In this document: in pieces, positions 10,178 to 19,645 of the stretch
Layout of the letters: each line of letters begins with the position of its first letter
How positions within the stretch are numbered: the stretch's first letter is position 1
Source: a virus
DNA: 64,000 nucleotides
Strand: one strand, 5' to 3'
Virus record (IMG/VR): IMGVR_UViG_3300042387_000725
Span: 25,156-89,155 of that record
The notes under the pieces: model-generated
What the model was told of the DNA's origin: nothing
Databases searched by the model: none
What the model saw: the letters and a program-made list of their open reading frames with translations, nothing else
Program-made: the position numbers and the translations under genes

Positions 10178-11163
10178 TATAAAACTCCAGGACGAACTAT
10201 GTTGTTTACATACTTAGACAAAATCTTGTCTACAATAATGTTTCCAGTACCTTCCATCATTCTCTTGTCATATTCAATCTTAAACTGATCTGTACTATAG
10301 TTCTTAACATATCTCTTGTAATAGTCTAATTTTCCACATTTAATGTCATCAATTAAAAGTGCTGTTGCATCTTGAATATCAATAGGTACCACTGGATATC
10401 CAACCTCTAGCAAAAATACATAGTCTGCTCCTGAAGGAAATCCAACCCCTGGAGTTATTGTTTGAGTATTTCCACTGTCTTCTGTGTCAAATATTCCATA
10501 GGAGTCTGAACTACCTAGAGGAATTCTAAGTGGGCTTCTCTCTGCTCTATTAATTGAATCTATTGCTGTTACTGGATCTTTTGTTATTGCTGACTTATCA
10601 GTAGTTATAATATAGTTGTATTCCCCAAGTATTGGGCCATCAGGATTTGCTATGTCATAAACTAGTTTTGAATTTTCATATGCTCTAACAATTTTATGTG
10701 TTCTATCCCAAAGAGGTATGTAGTCTGTTTGTTGTCCAACAACCTCTAAAAATTTTCTAGAATAATAAAAACCACCAACAATTGAATCAATAATTGCTCT
10801 AGCTAAAGATTCATGTTGTGTATATTCTTTTATTTCTGTAGCACTAGTTCCAAGTGTATTTGGATTAACGTATGGTCTTTCAATCTGTAGGTTATCTTCA
10901 ACAACAATGTTTCCACGATCTGCTAATACATTTCCACTTTCCATCAAATCTTCATATATCTTTACAGAGTATGACTTATCATATTTAACAAAATCTTCTC
11001 CAAGAGAATATACTATCTTGGCATTAGAGTTAGAGGTTACATACTCAACTAACTCTGACTGTTCTAGAACGTCATCAATAACTAGTATGTATCCTGTGTT
11101 AGCCTCTGGGACATTATATGTAACAGAAAGGGGATATGGTGGAAGACGAAGAATTACTGACAT
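10177..11163 (-). CDS. Head-tail adaptor protein
   Basis: C-terminal GYPVVPIDIQDATALLI...TGNIIVDKILSKY motif typical of adaptors; position after capsid. Confidence 0.65.
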   Translation of the reverse strand: MSVILRLPPYPLSVTYNVPEANTGYILVIDDVLEQSELVEYVTSNSNAKIVYSLGEDFVKYDKSYSVKIYEDLMESGNVLADRGNIVVEDNLQIERPYVNPNTLGTSATEIKEYTQHESLARAIIDSIVGGFYYSRKFLEVVGQQTDYIPLWDRTHKIVRAYENSKLVYDIANPDGPILGEYNYIITTDKSAITKDPVTAIDSINRAERSPLRIPLGSSDSYGIFDTEDSGNTQTITPGVGFPSGADYVFLLEVGYPVVPIDIQDATALLIDDIKCGKLDYYKRYVKNYSTDQFKIEYDKRMMEGTGNIIVDKILSKYVNNIVRPGVL

Positions 11164-11516
11164 TATTGTTTACCGTAGTATGAGGCTACTTCTTCAGGTG
11201 GTGCTATTCTGACCAACCTGTGGGATAACCACTTTTCCGATGCCTCCTTTGAGACGATGTTATATCCTACCTTTAAAGCCCCTAGATTATCCATGTGTAG
11301 GTTTCTATCTGAATATAGGGCTACTTTATCTGTCAAGTCACTTGACTTGCCTGCTTTTTCTACTACCTCTTTTGGTTTTGGTGGAATCCAACTAGCCAAA
11401 ATCTCTAAAATCTCAAGTTTAGTATTTGCTTCAAATAGTTCAATATTATTTTTCTTTGCATATGCTTTAAGTGCCATGACAGTTTTGCCTGATAATTCTT
11501 CTATTGTTAGAGTCAT
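11163..11516 (-). CDS. Small protein with Rho-N/HeH-like N-terminal domain
   Basis: LSGKTVMALKAYAKKNNIEL...TKLEILEIL helix-extension-helix pattern, commonly found after capsid genes. Confidence 0.55.
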   Translation of the reverse strand: MTLTIEELSGKTVMALKAYAKKNNIELFEANTKLEILEILASWIPPKPKEVVEKAGKSSDLTDKVALYSDRNLHMDNLGALKVGYNIVSKEASEKWLSHRLVRIAPPEEVASYYGKQ

Positions 11517-11551
11517 AATTCTCCTATCCTCATTTGTAATTATACCAGAAT

Positions 11552-11585
11552 AAAGAAAAAGGAGGGCAGCTTTAAACTGCCCTCC
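11552..11585 (-). terminator. Intrinsic terminator after major capsid gene
   Basis: GGAGGGCAG/CTGCCCTCC 9-bp stem plus U-run on the minus strand. Confidence 0.85.
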
Positions 11586-11604
11586 CTTATACTTATTTTA
11601 GGAA

Positions 11605-12756
11605 TTATGAGTCTGCAGAGTCTGCATCAACGAATGCAACTGCATCTAGCTCTTCCCATTGTGTACCAAAACGTACGAAGACTGTGTATTCTACAGTATC
11701 CTTCTTTGGCTTGTATTCACGGTTAACAGTGATGTCACGCTGGAAGCCCCATACACGGTTCTGTGGGAATGTAAGATCTACATATCCTGCAGGGTAGTAA
11801 GGAACTTCAAGAACATCTACTCCTAGTACACGAGTTGTGCGTGTGTTTCCGAGAGTCTGTGCTGTTCCATCAAGGTATGCCTGACGGTTTGCCTGTGTGC
11901 TTCCTGGAGTCTGTCCAGCAAGTGCTTCTGCTACTGCATCAGCCAATGTACCGTTATTCTTTACGATACCAGCGAATGCATCAGTACCTGCGTAGAACTT
12001 AAGGTTTGACTTAAGTGCACGGTACTTACGTGGCATTGCCAAAAGCAATCCCTGCATAACAGATGTTGTAAACTCATTGTTTGCAACTGTTGCAGCATAC
12101 TCGTGTGCGTCGCTTCCGACTGTTCCACGTGTCTGCTTGATAAATCCAGGCATGATTGAAAGGAATGCGTTATCTCCTGAGCCTACACCGTTAATAGCAA
12201 GGTCTTCAAGGTCATTAGCAAAAGCATTTGTCATCAAGCGAACTAGACGATCTTCAAGGGCTGCACCCTCAATGTTATCTTCTAGTGATTCTGTAGCAAC
12301 TTCCCAGTCAAGACGAATCTTTTTGGTTGTAAGTTCTACCTTTGTAAATGTTGCGCCAACGTTGGTGTAATCTGGTGCTCCCTGTGCTGCTGCACGAATA
12401 ACACGCTCTCCAACGTTTACCTTCTCAATTTCCATTGTGTTGGCTCGCATTGTAACTCTACGTCCATCTTTAGCGAGAACGGTTGCGTCCCACACGTAAT
12501 CAATAAAACGACGTGCCTGCTCAGGTGCTAGAATACCACCAGCGACTCCAGTCGGATTTACTGCGTTTGGGCCAGATGTTGATCCAAATGCTGCTGTAGC
12601 AGTGTTACCTAGCTGATCTCCAACAGACTGTGCTGCAGAGTCCAAACCAGTTGCACCACCAATACCTCCAGATACGAATGCACCCTGAGAGTTAATCTCA
12701 TTGCCTGCTCCGCCTGATCCTGGATAGTTTTTTTCTATATTTGTTGATTCTGACAT
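11605..12756 (-). CDS. Major capsid protein (HK97 fold)
   Basis: GGILAPEQARRFID...ESLEDNIEG...FANDLEDLAING; strong SD aggaggtg before MSESTN; follows the protease. Confidence 0.93.
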   Translation of the reverse strand: MSESTNIEKNYPGSGGAGNEINSQGAFVSGGIGGATGLDSAAQSVGDQLGNTATAAFGSTSGPNAVNPTGVAGGILAPEQARRFIDYVWDATVLAKDGRRVTMRANTMEIEKVNVGERVIRAAAQGAPDYTNVGATFTKVELTTKKIRLDWEVATESLEDNIEGAALEDRLVRLMTNAFANDLEDLAINGVGSGDNAFLSIMPGFIKQTRGTVGSDAHEYAATVANNEFTTSVMQGLLLAMPRKYRALKSNLKFYAGTDAFAGIVKNNGTLADAVAEALAGQTPGSTQANRQAYLDGTAQTLGNTRTTRVLGVDVLEVPYYPAGYVDLTFPQNRVWGFQRDITVNREYKPKKDTVEYTVFVRFGTQWEELDAVAFVDADSADS

Positions 12757-12783
12757 ATTGTTCACCTCCTAGTGATATATACC

Positions 12784-13326
12784 TTAGTTAAATAGGTCGG
12801 AATTTGTGAGGAAACGTCCGCCCCATAGGGATTTTTGAATCACTTCTGGTGATTCCTGAACGATCTCGCCTAGATCGCCAGACTTTCGGAAAGCAGTATC
12901 TGCTTCTACAGCATCTACTCTCTTTCCAAACTCATTAAATGTCCCCTTAGCATCGGCAACTTCTGCCTTAACTGTTTCTAGAGACTTTGTTAGTGCTGCT
13001 ACCTGGTCATTAATAGACTTAACGGTTGCAGCTAGATCGCCAAAGGCATTAGTAAGAGAAGAATTAATTTCTGAAATTGCTTTTGCAAACTCTTCATTAA
13101 CTTGAATAGCAGCTGCTGCCACTACTTCTTCTGCTTTCTGTACTTCAACTGCTGCTTCTGCAACAGAAGAATCTGCACCACCGTCAACTGATTTTTCAAC
13201 TGCTGACTCTTCAGCAACTGTTTCAGCAACTACAGGTGTTTCAACAACATCTGCTGGTTGTGCCTCTGGAGCAACCTCTGCAACTTCAACTGCAACATCT
13301 GCTGTTGCTTCTGTTGATTCTGTCAT
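12784..13326 (-). CDS. Nested in-frame scaffold protein (internal start in protease gene)
   Basis: AAGGAGGT SD 7 nt before an in-frame ATG (MTESTE...) with a TACAAT -10 upstream. Confidence 0.65.
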   Translation of the reverse strand: MTESTEATADVAVEVAEVAPEAQPADVVETPVVAETVAEESAVEKSVDGGADSSVAEAAVEVQKAEEVVAAAAIQVNEEFAKAISEINSSLTNAFGDLAATVKSINDQVAALTKSLETVKAEVADAKGTFNEFGKRVDAVEADTAFRKSGDLGEIVQESPEVIQKSLWGGRFLTNSDLFN

Positions 13327-14079
13327 TTGATTTACCTCCTTAGTAATCTTAATTGTACTAATGCCTTTAGCACTATCAACTAAGAATTTTATCATTTGTG
13401 TTTTTTCAGTATCTGCTTTTTCAACAAAACCTATATTTGACATTGGGTCTCCAGTTATAGGACTAATCTCTGATTCGTTTTCAGATGCAATAACTATTCC
13501 TGACTCCTTGTCATAAAAAATATTCTCTAAGACTGTTTCGTCTCCCTTAATAATATCTACTCCATCAACCTTTTCAATAGACATGATATTTGCAAACTGA
13601 TTTGCTGGAGAGTCTACAAGACTTAGTTCAACTAAATCGTACTGCTTAATTACTCTAATTTTTTTATCTGCTTTTTCATCATAGGCATCATCCCACTTAT
13701 TCATTCTTCCCCCAATTGAAAAACCAGTCAAAGTTCCATCAAGAACTTTTTCCCATGTATCTTGTGCACCCTTTGAAACATATGCTGATACAAAAACGCC
13801 CTTATAAAACTTCTTTGATTCTGGATCAAAATATTTATCTTCTTTAAAATCTACCATTTTGCCAACTGCTAATGGTTGGTGCATCTCTCTTATGTTGCCA
13901 CGGAACTTTGCAAATGCATCCATAGACGCTTCAGCTGTTACAATGTCGTCTTGCTTATCTAGGTTGTCAAGTGATGCAAACCCTGATACAATACGACGTT
14001 CTTTGTCTACTTTTGTGAGTGGCATAGATAAGCGAACGGTGTCGCCTTCTGTTACCCAATGAGCTTTATTTATCAACAT
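12784..14079 (-). CDS. Prohead protease (HK97/S78-like) fused to acidic scaffold domain
   Basis: GFAS...DKQDD...REMH...GFSIGG...ELSLVDSPAN; acidic coiled-coil C-terminus. Confidence 0.9.
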   Translation of the reverse strand: MLINKAHWVTEGDTVRLSMPLTKVDKERRIVSGFASLDNLDKQDDIVTAEASMDAFAKFRGNIREMHQPLAVGKMVDFKEDKYFDPESKKFYKGVFVSAYVSKGAQDTWEKVLDGTLTGFSIGGRMNKWDDAYDEKADKKIRVIKQYDLVELSLVDSPANQFANIMSIEKVDGVDIIKGDETVLENIFYDKESGIVIASENESEISPITGDPMSNIGFVEKADTEKTQMIKFLVDSAKGISTIKITKEVNQMTESTEATADVAVEVAEVAPEAQPADVVETPVVAETVAEESAVEKSVDGGADSSVAEAAVEVQKAEEVVAAAAIQVNEEFAKAISEINSSLTNAFGDLAATVKSINDQVAALTKSLETVKAEVADAKGTFNEFGKRVDAVEADTAFRKSGDLGEIVQESPEVIQKSLWGGRFLTNSDLFN

Positions 14080-14119
14080 AGCCTTTCTATTATATCATTA
14101 TGTTTATAGTTTTTCTCAA

Positions 14120-15736
14120 CTATTGAGATGATCTACCTTCACCCTGTGGATTTCTTCCAGCCACGGTTGTTGTAGAGTCTGAGTTATTATTTCTTCTCTC
14201 TGCATCCCGTGAACGATTGCCAGCAAGATTTGCCCTGCTGTCAGTTGCTTGTCTTGGACTCATTTGGAAAGGCTCATCACCGTCCTGTCTTTGTGGCAAG
14301 TCAATCATTTCACGAGCTTCATTTGGAGTGATTACCTGGGTCTTTACAAACCTTTCAATAATCTGAGATTGTGCGATTTCATCAGTTAAGGTTAACTCAT
14401 TAAATCTGAGCTCTAATATATCTGTTTTTTCTTTAATAATTTTATTTACTATTTTTTCAAGATGTTTTTGTGCTGGACGAGATACCTGCTCTTTAAAGGT
14501 ACGATCTTGTGATAAGGCTGCTGCTGATCCACCAGCATCAGAGCCACCCAGTTTAGACATTGGTACCTGGTGAGCAATTAAAATATCATCTCTATTCTGC
14601 TTGCGATATTCTTTAAATGAACCATCTTGGATTCCATTTTCAATAGGCTCCATCTTGAACTCTACCTTGTTGCCATCTGAATCTCCAGGAAGAGGGATGT
14701 AAAGAGTTCTGTGTGATTGTGCTTTTAGTCCTGTTTGTAAGAATCTAAACATTTTGTCTTCAGCATCCCCTGAAAGTTTTGCACCCTTTAGAGTTACAAC
14801 ATATCTTGGAACTGCCTTATTTTCAAAGTAATCAATGTTGTATTGTGATGCTAACTGGTCTCCAATAAGGGATGGCATAGCAGCCATAATGTCTGGAATT
14901 CCATAAAATGTATTTAGTGGAGAATATTCCTTAAGGTGAATAATTTCATTTGGACGAGCATCAGTTCCCATTGGATTTTGATTTTTAGCACCAAAGTTTC
15001 TAAAGTAAACAACCTTCTGTCCAATTATCTGAACAAATCCATCACGCAAACGACGAACACGAACAGTGGTTGCTGGAATATGACCAACGTATCCAATTTC
15101 TCCTGTAACTGTTCTTCCTATTTCAATAAAACCATTTCCTGTTGCTTGAAGATCTGTATAAACTTTTTCCATTGTTTTTGTAAAACTATCATCATCATTT
15201 AAGTTTTCTAGCCAGTCACGTAATTCAATCTTCATTCTTTCAATACGACGACGAGCACGAGCTACAGACTCTTTATCTTCATTTGTTTCAAATCTTAACA
15301 TTGTTCTATCTGTTAGATCAAAGCGATATCCAAGACCAACAACATTTTCCACCTTAGCATCAATAGCTGCATGGTTAGCAAAAGATGTGTCATAAAAGTT
15401 AGCCAACTCATACATGTTATATGGTGGAGTGATTACATCAAATAGTCCATATCCATTACGATATACAGTTCCAGGATTAATTTGTTTTGATGATGCATCT
15501 ACACCACTTGGGGTAACTCTGGCAGAATCTAAATACTGCTGATTTGTTTCTGGACTATTTACTGATCCAACATATTTAGCAAGATTGCGAGTTGTTCTAC
15601 GACGGAAGTTTTGATCAAGACCACTATAATCTTTTAGCATATCCCAAGACTTATTAAATGGATCTTGTGACTTAAAGATATTCTCTTCTTTTTTTTGTGT
15701 ATTTAATCCTACATTAATATATTCTTGATCACTCAT
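14120..15736 (-). CDS. Portal protein (PBSX/HK97-like)
   Basis: DLQATGNGFIEI...NEIIHLKEYSPLNTFYGIP...YFENKAVP...ITPNEAREMIDLP; start MSDQEY overlaps the upstream stop. Confidence 0.93.
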   Translation of the reverse strand: MSDQEYINVGLNTQKKEENIFKSQDPFNKSWDMLKDYSGLDQNFRRRTTRNLAKYVGSVNSPETNQQYLDSARVTPSGVDASSKQINPGTVYRNGYGLFDVITPPYNMYELANFYDTSFANHAAIDAKVENVVGLGYRFDLTDRTMLRFETNEDKESVARARRRIERMKIELRDWLENLNDDDSFTKTMEKVYTDLQATGNGFIEIGRTVTGEIGYVGHIPATTVRVRRLRDGFVQIIGQKVVYFRNFGAKNQNPMGTDARPNEIIHLKEYSPLNTFYGIPDIMAAMPSLIGDQLASQYNIDYFENKAVPRYVVTLKGAKLSGDAEDKMFRFLQTGLKAQSHRTLYIPLPGDSDGNKVEFKMEPIENGIQDGSFKEYRKQNRDDILIAHQVPMSKLGGSDAGGSAAALSQDRTFKEQVSRPAQKHLEKIVNKIIKEKTDILELRFNELTLTDEIAQSQIIERFVKTQVITPNEAREMIDLPQRQDGDEPFQMSPRQATDSRANLAGNRSRDAERRNNNSDSTTTVAGRNPQGEGRSSQ

Positions 15737-16124
15737 CCATTGCACCTCTACCATACTTGTCTAATGTTTGCTTTGCTGCATCCCACGCACCTAAGTCATT
15801 CATGCTTGGAATTAAACCATTTATCATTCTTTCCTTTTGTTCGGAATACTCTTCTTCACTAATTCTATGAAGTCCTGGAACGAATGTAGCCGTACCTTCT
15901 CCATCATCTCCATGGTGCATTGCTGCTTTTCTTAGTTCTGCAATCTTAGAAATATCTCCACGTTCAGCTGGGATATTTAAAACTGATCCAGTTCCATCTG
16001 TAAACCATGAACCATCTGCTTTTTTATATACGTACAATCCCCAGTCATAATGCTTCTCAATTACCTTTCGGCGGACATTTTGTACGTAGGGTTTACCAGT
16101 TTCTGGGTTAATTAGTGATTCCAT
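15729..16124 (-). CDS. Hypothetical protein upstream of portal
   Basis: Open frame with leaderless TATACT-7nt-ATG, coupled to portal. Confidence 0.7.
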   Translation of the reverse strand: MESLINPETGKPYVQNVRRKVIEKHYDWGLYVYKKADGSWFTDGTGSVLNIPAERGDISKIAELRKAAMHHGDDGEGTATFVPGLHRISEEEYSEQKERMINGLIPSMNDLGAWDAAKQTLDKYGRGAMDE

Positions 16125-16142
16125 AACCATAAGTATATCAGA

Positions 16143-19100
16143 CTATACTGGTGTCAGTACACTAGTTTGCCACTCTATATCAGTATATATTTTTAGCTTT
16201 TCTGGCTGATAGACTAAGCCTTCTCCATCATCAATAATAATCTTATTAGTTCCAATATATGTTTTATATATATCTGTTGGATTAATCCCATAAAATTCTG
16301 TTGATTCTAATATAAGAACCTCGTCCCAGCTAAAGTTATTGTCCCAAAATAACCAGTCAAAAGTCTCTAGCCCATCAGTTAAGACTTTTATCCAAGGTCT
16401 TTGAGTACTACTTTCAATTTCTCTTAAGCTGCTTCCTTGGTAATAAGAAATGTTATTAAATAAAAGTGGCCCAGTTATGTTAATGCTTCCAAGATAGGAA
16501 TCAACTCTTAATGGCGATGCAAAAGAAATTCCTATGGATGCCCACTCCCTTAATGACAAAACTGGTCGCTTTACAAGGTTTCCATTTAAATAAAAAGATA
16601 ATCCGTTATATTCAATACCATTTTGATTTAATGCATAAATAGTTCCTCTATCTCCAACAGAGCTATTAGCTTTTAAGTAAAACTTTATAGTTTGTTTATC
16701 TTTATAATTAATTTCAAATACTTCTATTGGATTTTGAGGAAAAACATTTTTATCATATCTAGCCCATATCTGCATAGCACTGACGCTATATACGTTTGAC
16801 ATCTCTTTATTAATTGGTAAAGATAGACCACGATTTTCTAGAGGATTAAATTCTCCACGAACCGCTATTCCAGAGTTTTCAGTTAAATACAGGTATGGTG
16901 TACTTTCTTTATAAATGCTAAATGGATTTTTTGCTTTATAGTTGTAATAAATTCCAGTTTTTTTGTATGGGAAAAGATCTACACCAAATCTAGTACCAAC
17001 TGGATTTGATGAATTATCATTAAATGATTGAGATGCTATTTGCAATGTATTTAATGACAATGGCTTTGTTAATATTCCACGACTATTAAACTCAAGACTA
17101 TAAACTATTGCAATAGAGTTAAAGTCTGTAGTTTTATTTGGATATACTAATGTATTATTTAGTATTTCAAATCTAGTTGTTAGCCAATCTTCATTATTAT
17201 TAACATCAATAACCTTGTACTCATTTAATTCTTGTTGATTTGTAAATGGTATTGGATTGTTTGCACCATCTACTATAGGTTGAAAAGTTATATAGCTTTT
17301 AATTTGAGAGTTTTCTGTATTATAATAAAGATCAGAAGAGCCTTGACTTTCTACCAGACTGGTTACTGCTGGGTATCCAACATTAAACTGTAAGAAGTCT
17401 AAGTCATAAAAAATTTCTCCTTCTTTATTTCTCACAAATTGTGCAAAATATGATAATGGAAGATAGTCTTCCCAATATCCTGCAACTCCAATATCTAGAA
17501 AATATTTATCGTAGGCTATAGAAGGCAACAACGTATAGCTTGCTGTATAGTCAATTAGATCTTGTCCATTATCTATAAAAACAAATCCTTCATCATCAAA
17601 ATTATCAACATTCTTTGTAGAATTTAATTCAGTAGAAAAGCCAATAGAATATACCTTTCCAGTAAATGAGTACTGTCCAGTGTTATCTCCAGCAACATAC
17701 ATTTTTAAATTATTAGTATTCCCAAAAAATGAAGAAACATTATTTCCAAATCTATTAGATATTTTATTTATGTCAAACCCAACTGAAAATAATGTATTTG
17801 AGCCAATTTCATCTGTTGTGTGCAGAACCTCATTTATTCCATTATAGTTTAATGAATATTCAATTACATCATTATTTTTAAGTATTAAAAAGTAATCACT
17901 GTTTAGTTCGTTATATATTTTAAATAATATTTGATCTGAAGAAAGATCGCTTATGCTAAAAACTCCATAGAGGCTATGTAGTTCACTTGATAACAAATTA
18001 AATTTTGGAAAGTTTATATATGAGTTTATACTATTCCAAGTATTATTTGGTCTAAATGATAAAAATTGATTATCAATAAGTGCTCCAGAGTCGCTCTCTT
18101 GTATATTTTTGTTATCATTATATAGATTCTGAATAGTCTTATTTCCTATTGATATTTCTGGTAAAGAATATTCTGGAGTTCTTAAGCTTGTTGTTGTTGT
18201 TGATAAATTATCAAAACTTCCTTGATCCCATTTTGCAAAATCTGGATAATTATAGTTTACACTATAGTTGGCAAATGGATAATCTATAAAAGCTGTTGTT
18301 CCATTATAAGATGAGTTAATGCTTTCTGGAGAGGCAACACCTTGTCCATAAACCCATCTTCTCTTTGCAACAATCGTTGGTACTTGATATGAATATATAG
18401 CAACACAGTCAATTTCAATTTCGCATATATTTTCAGATGAGGCAAAATAAATCCAGTCTTGATTTTTCCCAAGCTCATCTAATTCATTTGGAAGTACTAA
18501 GTCATCTGTATTAAATGATAAAGAAATTACCTGTTCCCCATTTAATAACAATGATGCAGAATTTTTAATTATACGAAGATGAATTAGCATTGGTCTAGAC
18601 CACTCTGAAACAAAATATGACGCAAAGTTATTATTTATTACAACTGTTAAAAATCCATTTTCAACATATATTCCATCATCAGAATTAATTGGTCCAAAAA
18701 TTTTAAATGGTGAAGATGTAGTTGAATTTATTCTTGCCCAAAATTCAACTGTATAATCGTTATACTGTCCTTTTTTATTTAAAAATCCTTTACCTGGAAG
18801 TATTAGCTGCGGAATATCATTTGGTATTAATTTTGTTACACCACTTGCTCCATAAACCAAAGGCATACTAGTATTTTTGCAAGTAAGTTTGTTATTGTCA
18901 ATAATGTAATATCCTGAATCTTCTGCAATTCCATAAGCTTGAGCCTCTACAGCTTCTGATCCACCGTATACAGAAACATCACCTGGTATAGTAATCTTAT
19001 TAATACCATAGGAATTTGTATTAAACTCTTCATTCAGTTGGCCTAAAGTGATTCCATTAATATAGAATGAATTTTCTGATGGTAAAGATGAGCCTTCAAT

Positions 19101-19610
19101 CACTGTTACTTTTATGACTAATCTTAGTTCTGCATCAATGTTTGGTGTTTCAAATGTTTCAGATAAAAATGCCCATTTCCCATAGAATGTAGTTGTAAAG
19201 GTTTTAAGAACTTGAACTACTGACTCAGTATCTGGATCAGTATATTCATATCCAATTGATATGCTTTGCAAAAAGTTGCTATCTGAGTATATGTATGCTC
19301 CTATTGCAAATGTTGACGAGTCTAATAAATCGCTCAAATTAATAATATCTGAACTAATTAAAGATGCTTCTGTTGTATTTTCAGAAGGTACGTCTACTTC
19401 AAGCAGTGTTACTACGCTATCTGGAAATGGCTCTTTTATGTATTCTGTTTGTAAAGATGTTGATCCATTATCTACAGTCCAAGAATTTACAATATTTCTT
19501 TGCTGTTCAGAAATTAAACCAATATAGTCAACCTTATCATCTAATGCCCAAAGAACTAGCGGGTGTTCCGAATAAATCTTTTCAGCATACAGGTTTGATG
19601 GGTTAGACAT
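16143..19610 (-). CDS. Large virion structural protein with LamG/ConA-like domains
   Basis: 1155 aa; SEHPLVLWALDD and YTVEFWARIN...LLLNGEQV...IDCVAIY LamG-like motifs. Confidence 0.6.
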   Translation of the reverse strand: MSNPSNLYAEKIYSEHPLVLWALDDKVDYIGLISEQQRNIVNSWTVDNGSTSLQTEYIKEPFPDSVVTLLEVDVPSENTTEASLISSDIINLSDLLDSSTFAIGAYIYSDSNFLQSISIGYEYTDPDTESVVQVLKTFTTTFYGKWAFLSETFETPNIDAELRLVIKVTVIEGSSLPSENSFYINGITLGQLNEEFNTNSYGINKITIPGDVSVYGGSEAVEAQAYGIAEDSGYYIIDNNKLTCKNTSMPLVYGASGVTKLIPNDIPQLILPGKGFLNKKGQYNDYTVEFWARINSTTSSPFKIFGPINSDDGIYVENGFLTVVINNNFASYFVSEWSRPMLIHLRIIKNSASLLLNGEQVISLSFNTDDLVLPNELDELGKNQDWIYFASSENICEIEIDCVAIYSYQVPTIVAKRRWVYGQGVASPESINSSYNGTTAFIDYPFANYSVNYNYPDFAKWDQGSFDNLSTTTTSLRTPEYSLPEISIGNKTIQNLYNDNKNIQESDSGALIDNQFLSFRPNNTWNSINSYINFPKFNLLSSELHSLYGVFSISDLSSDQILFKIYNELNSDYFLILKNNDVIEYSLNYNGINEVLHTTDEIGSNTLFSVGFDINKISNRFGNNVSSFFGNTNNLKMYVAGDNTGQYSFTGKVYSIGFSTELNSTKNVDNFDDEGFVFIDNGQDLIDYTASYTLLPSIAYDKYFLDIGVAGYWEDYLPLSYFAQFVRNKEGEIFYDLDFLQFNVGYPAVTSLVESQGSSDLYYNTENSQIKSYITFQPIVDGANNPIPFTNQQELNEYKVIDVNNNEDWLTTRFEILNNTLVYPNKTTDFNSIAIVYSLEFNSRGILTKPLSLNTLQIASQSFNDNSSNPVGTRFGVDLFPYKKTGIYYNYKAKNPFSIYKESTPYLYLTENSGIAVRGEFNPLENRGLSLPINKEMSNVYSVSAMQIWARYDKNVFPQNPIEVFEINYKDKQTIKFYLKANSSVGDRGTIYALNQNGIEYNGLSFYLNGNLVKRPVLSLREWASIGISFASPLRVDSYLGSINITGPLLFNNISYYQGSSLREIESSTQRPWIKVLTDGLETFDWLFWDNNFSWDEVLILESTEFYGINPTDIYKTYIGTNKIIIDDGEGLVYQPEKLKIYTDIEWQTSVLTPV

Positions 19611-19645
19611 TTTGCTCCTTAGCCTTAATTATAGCAGGGCAAACC

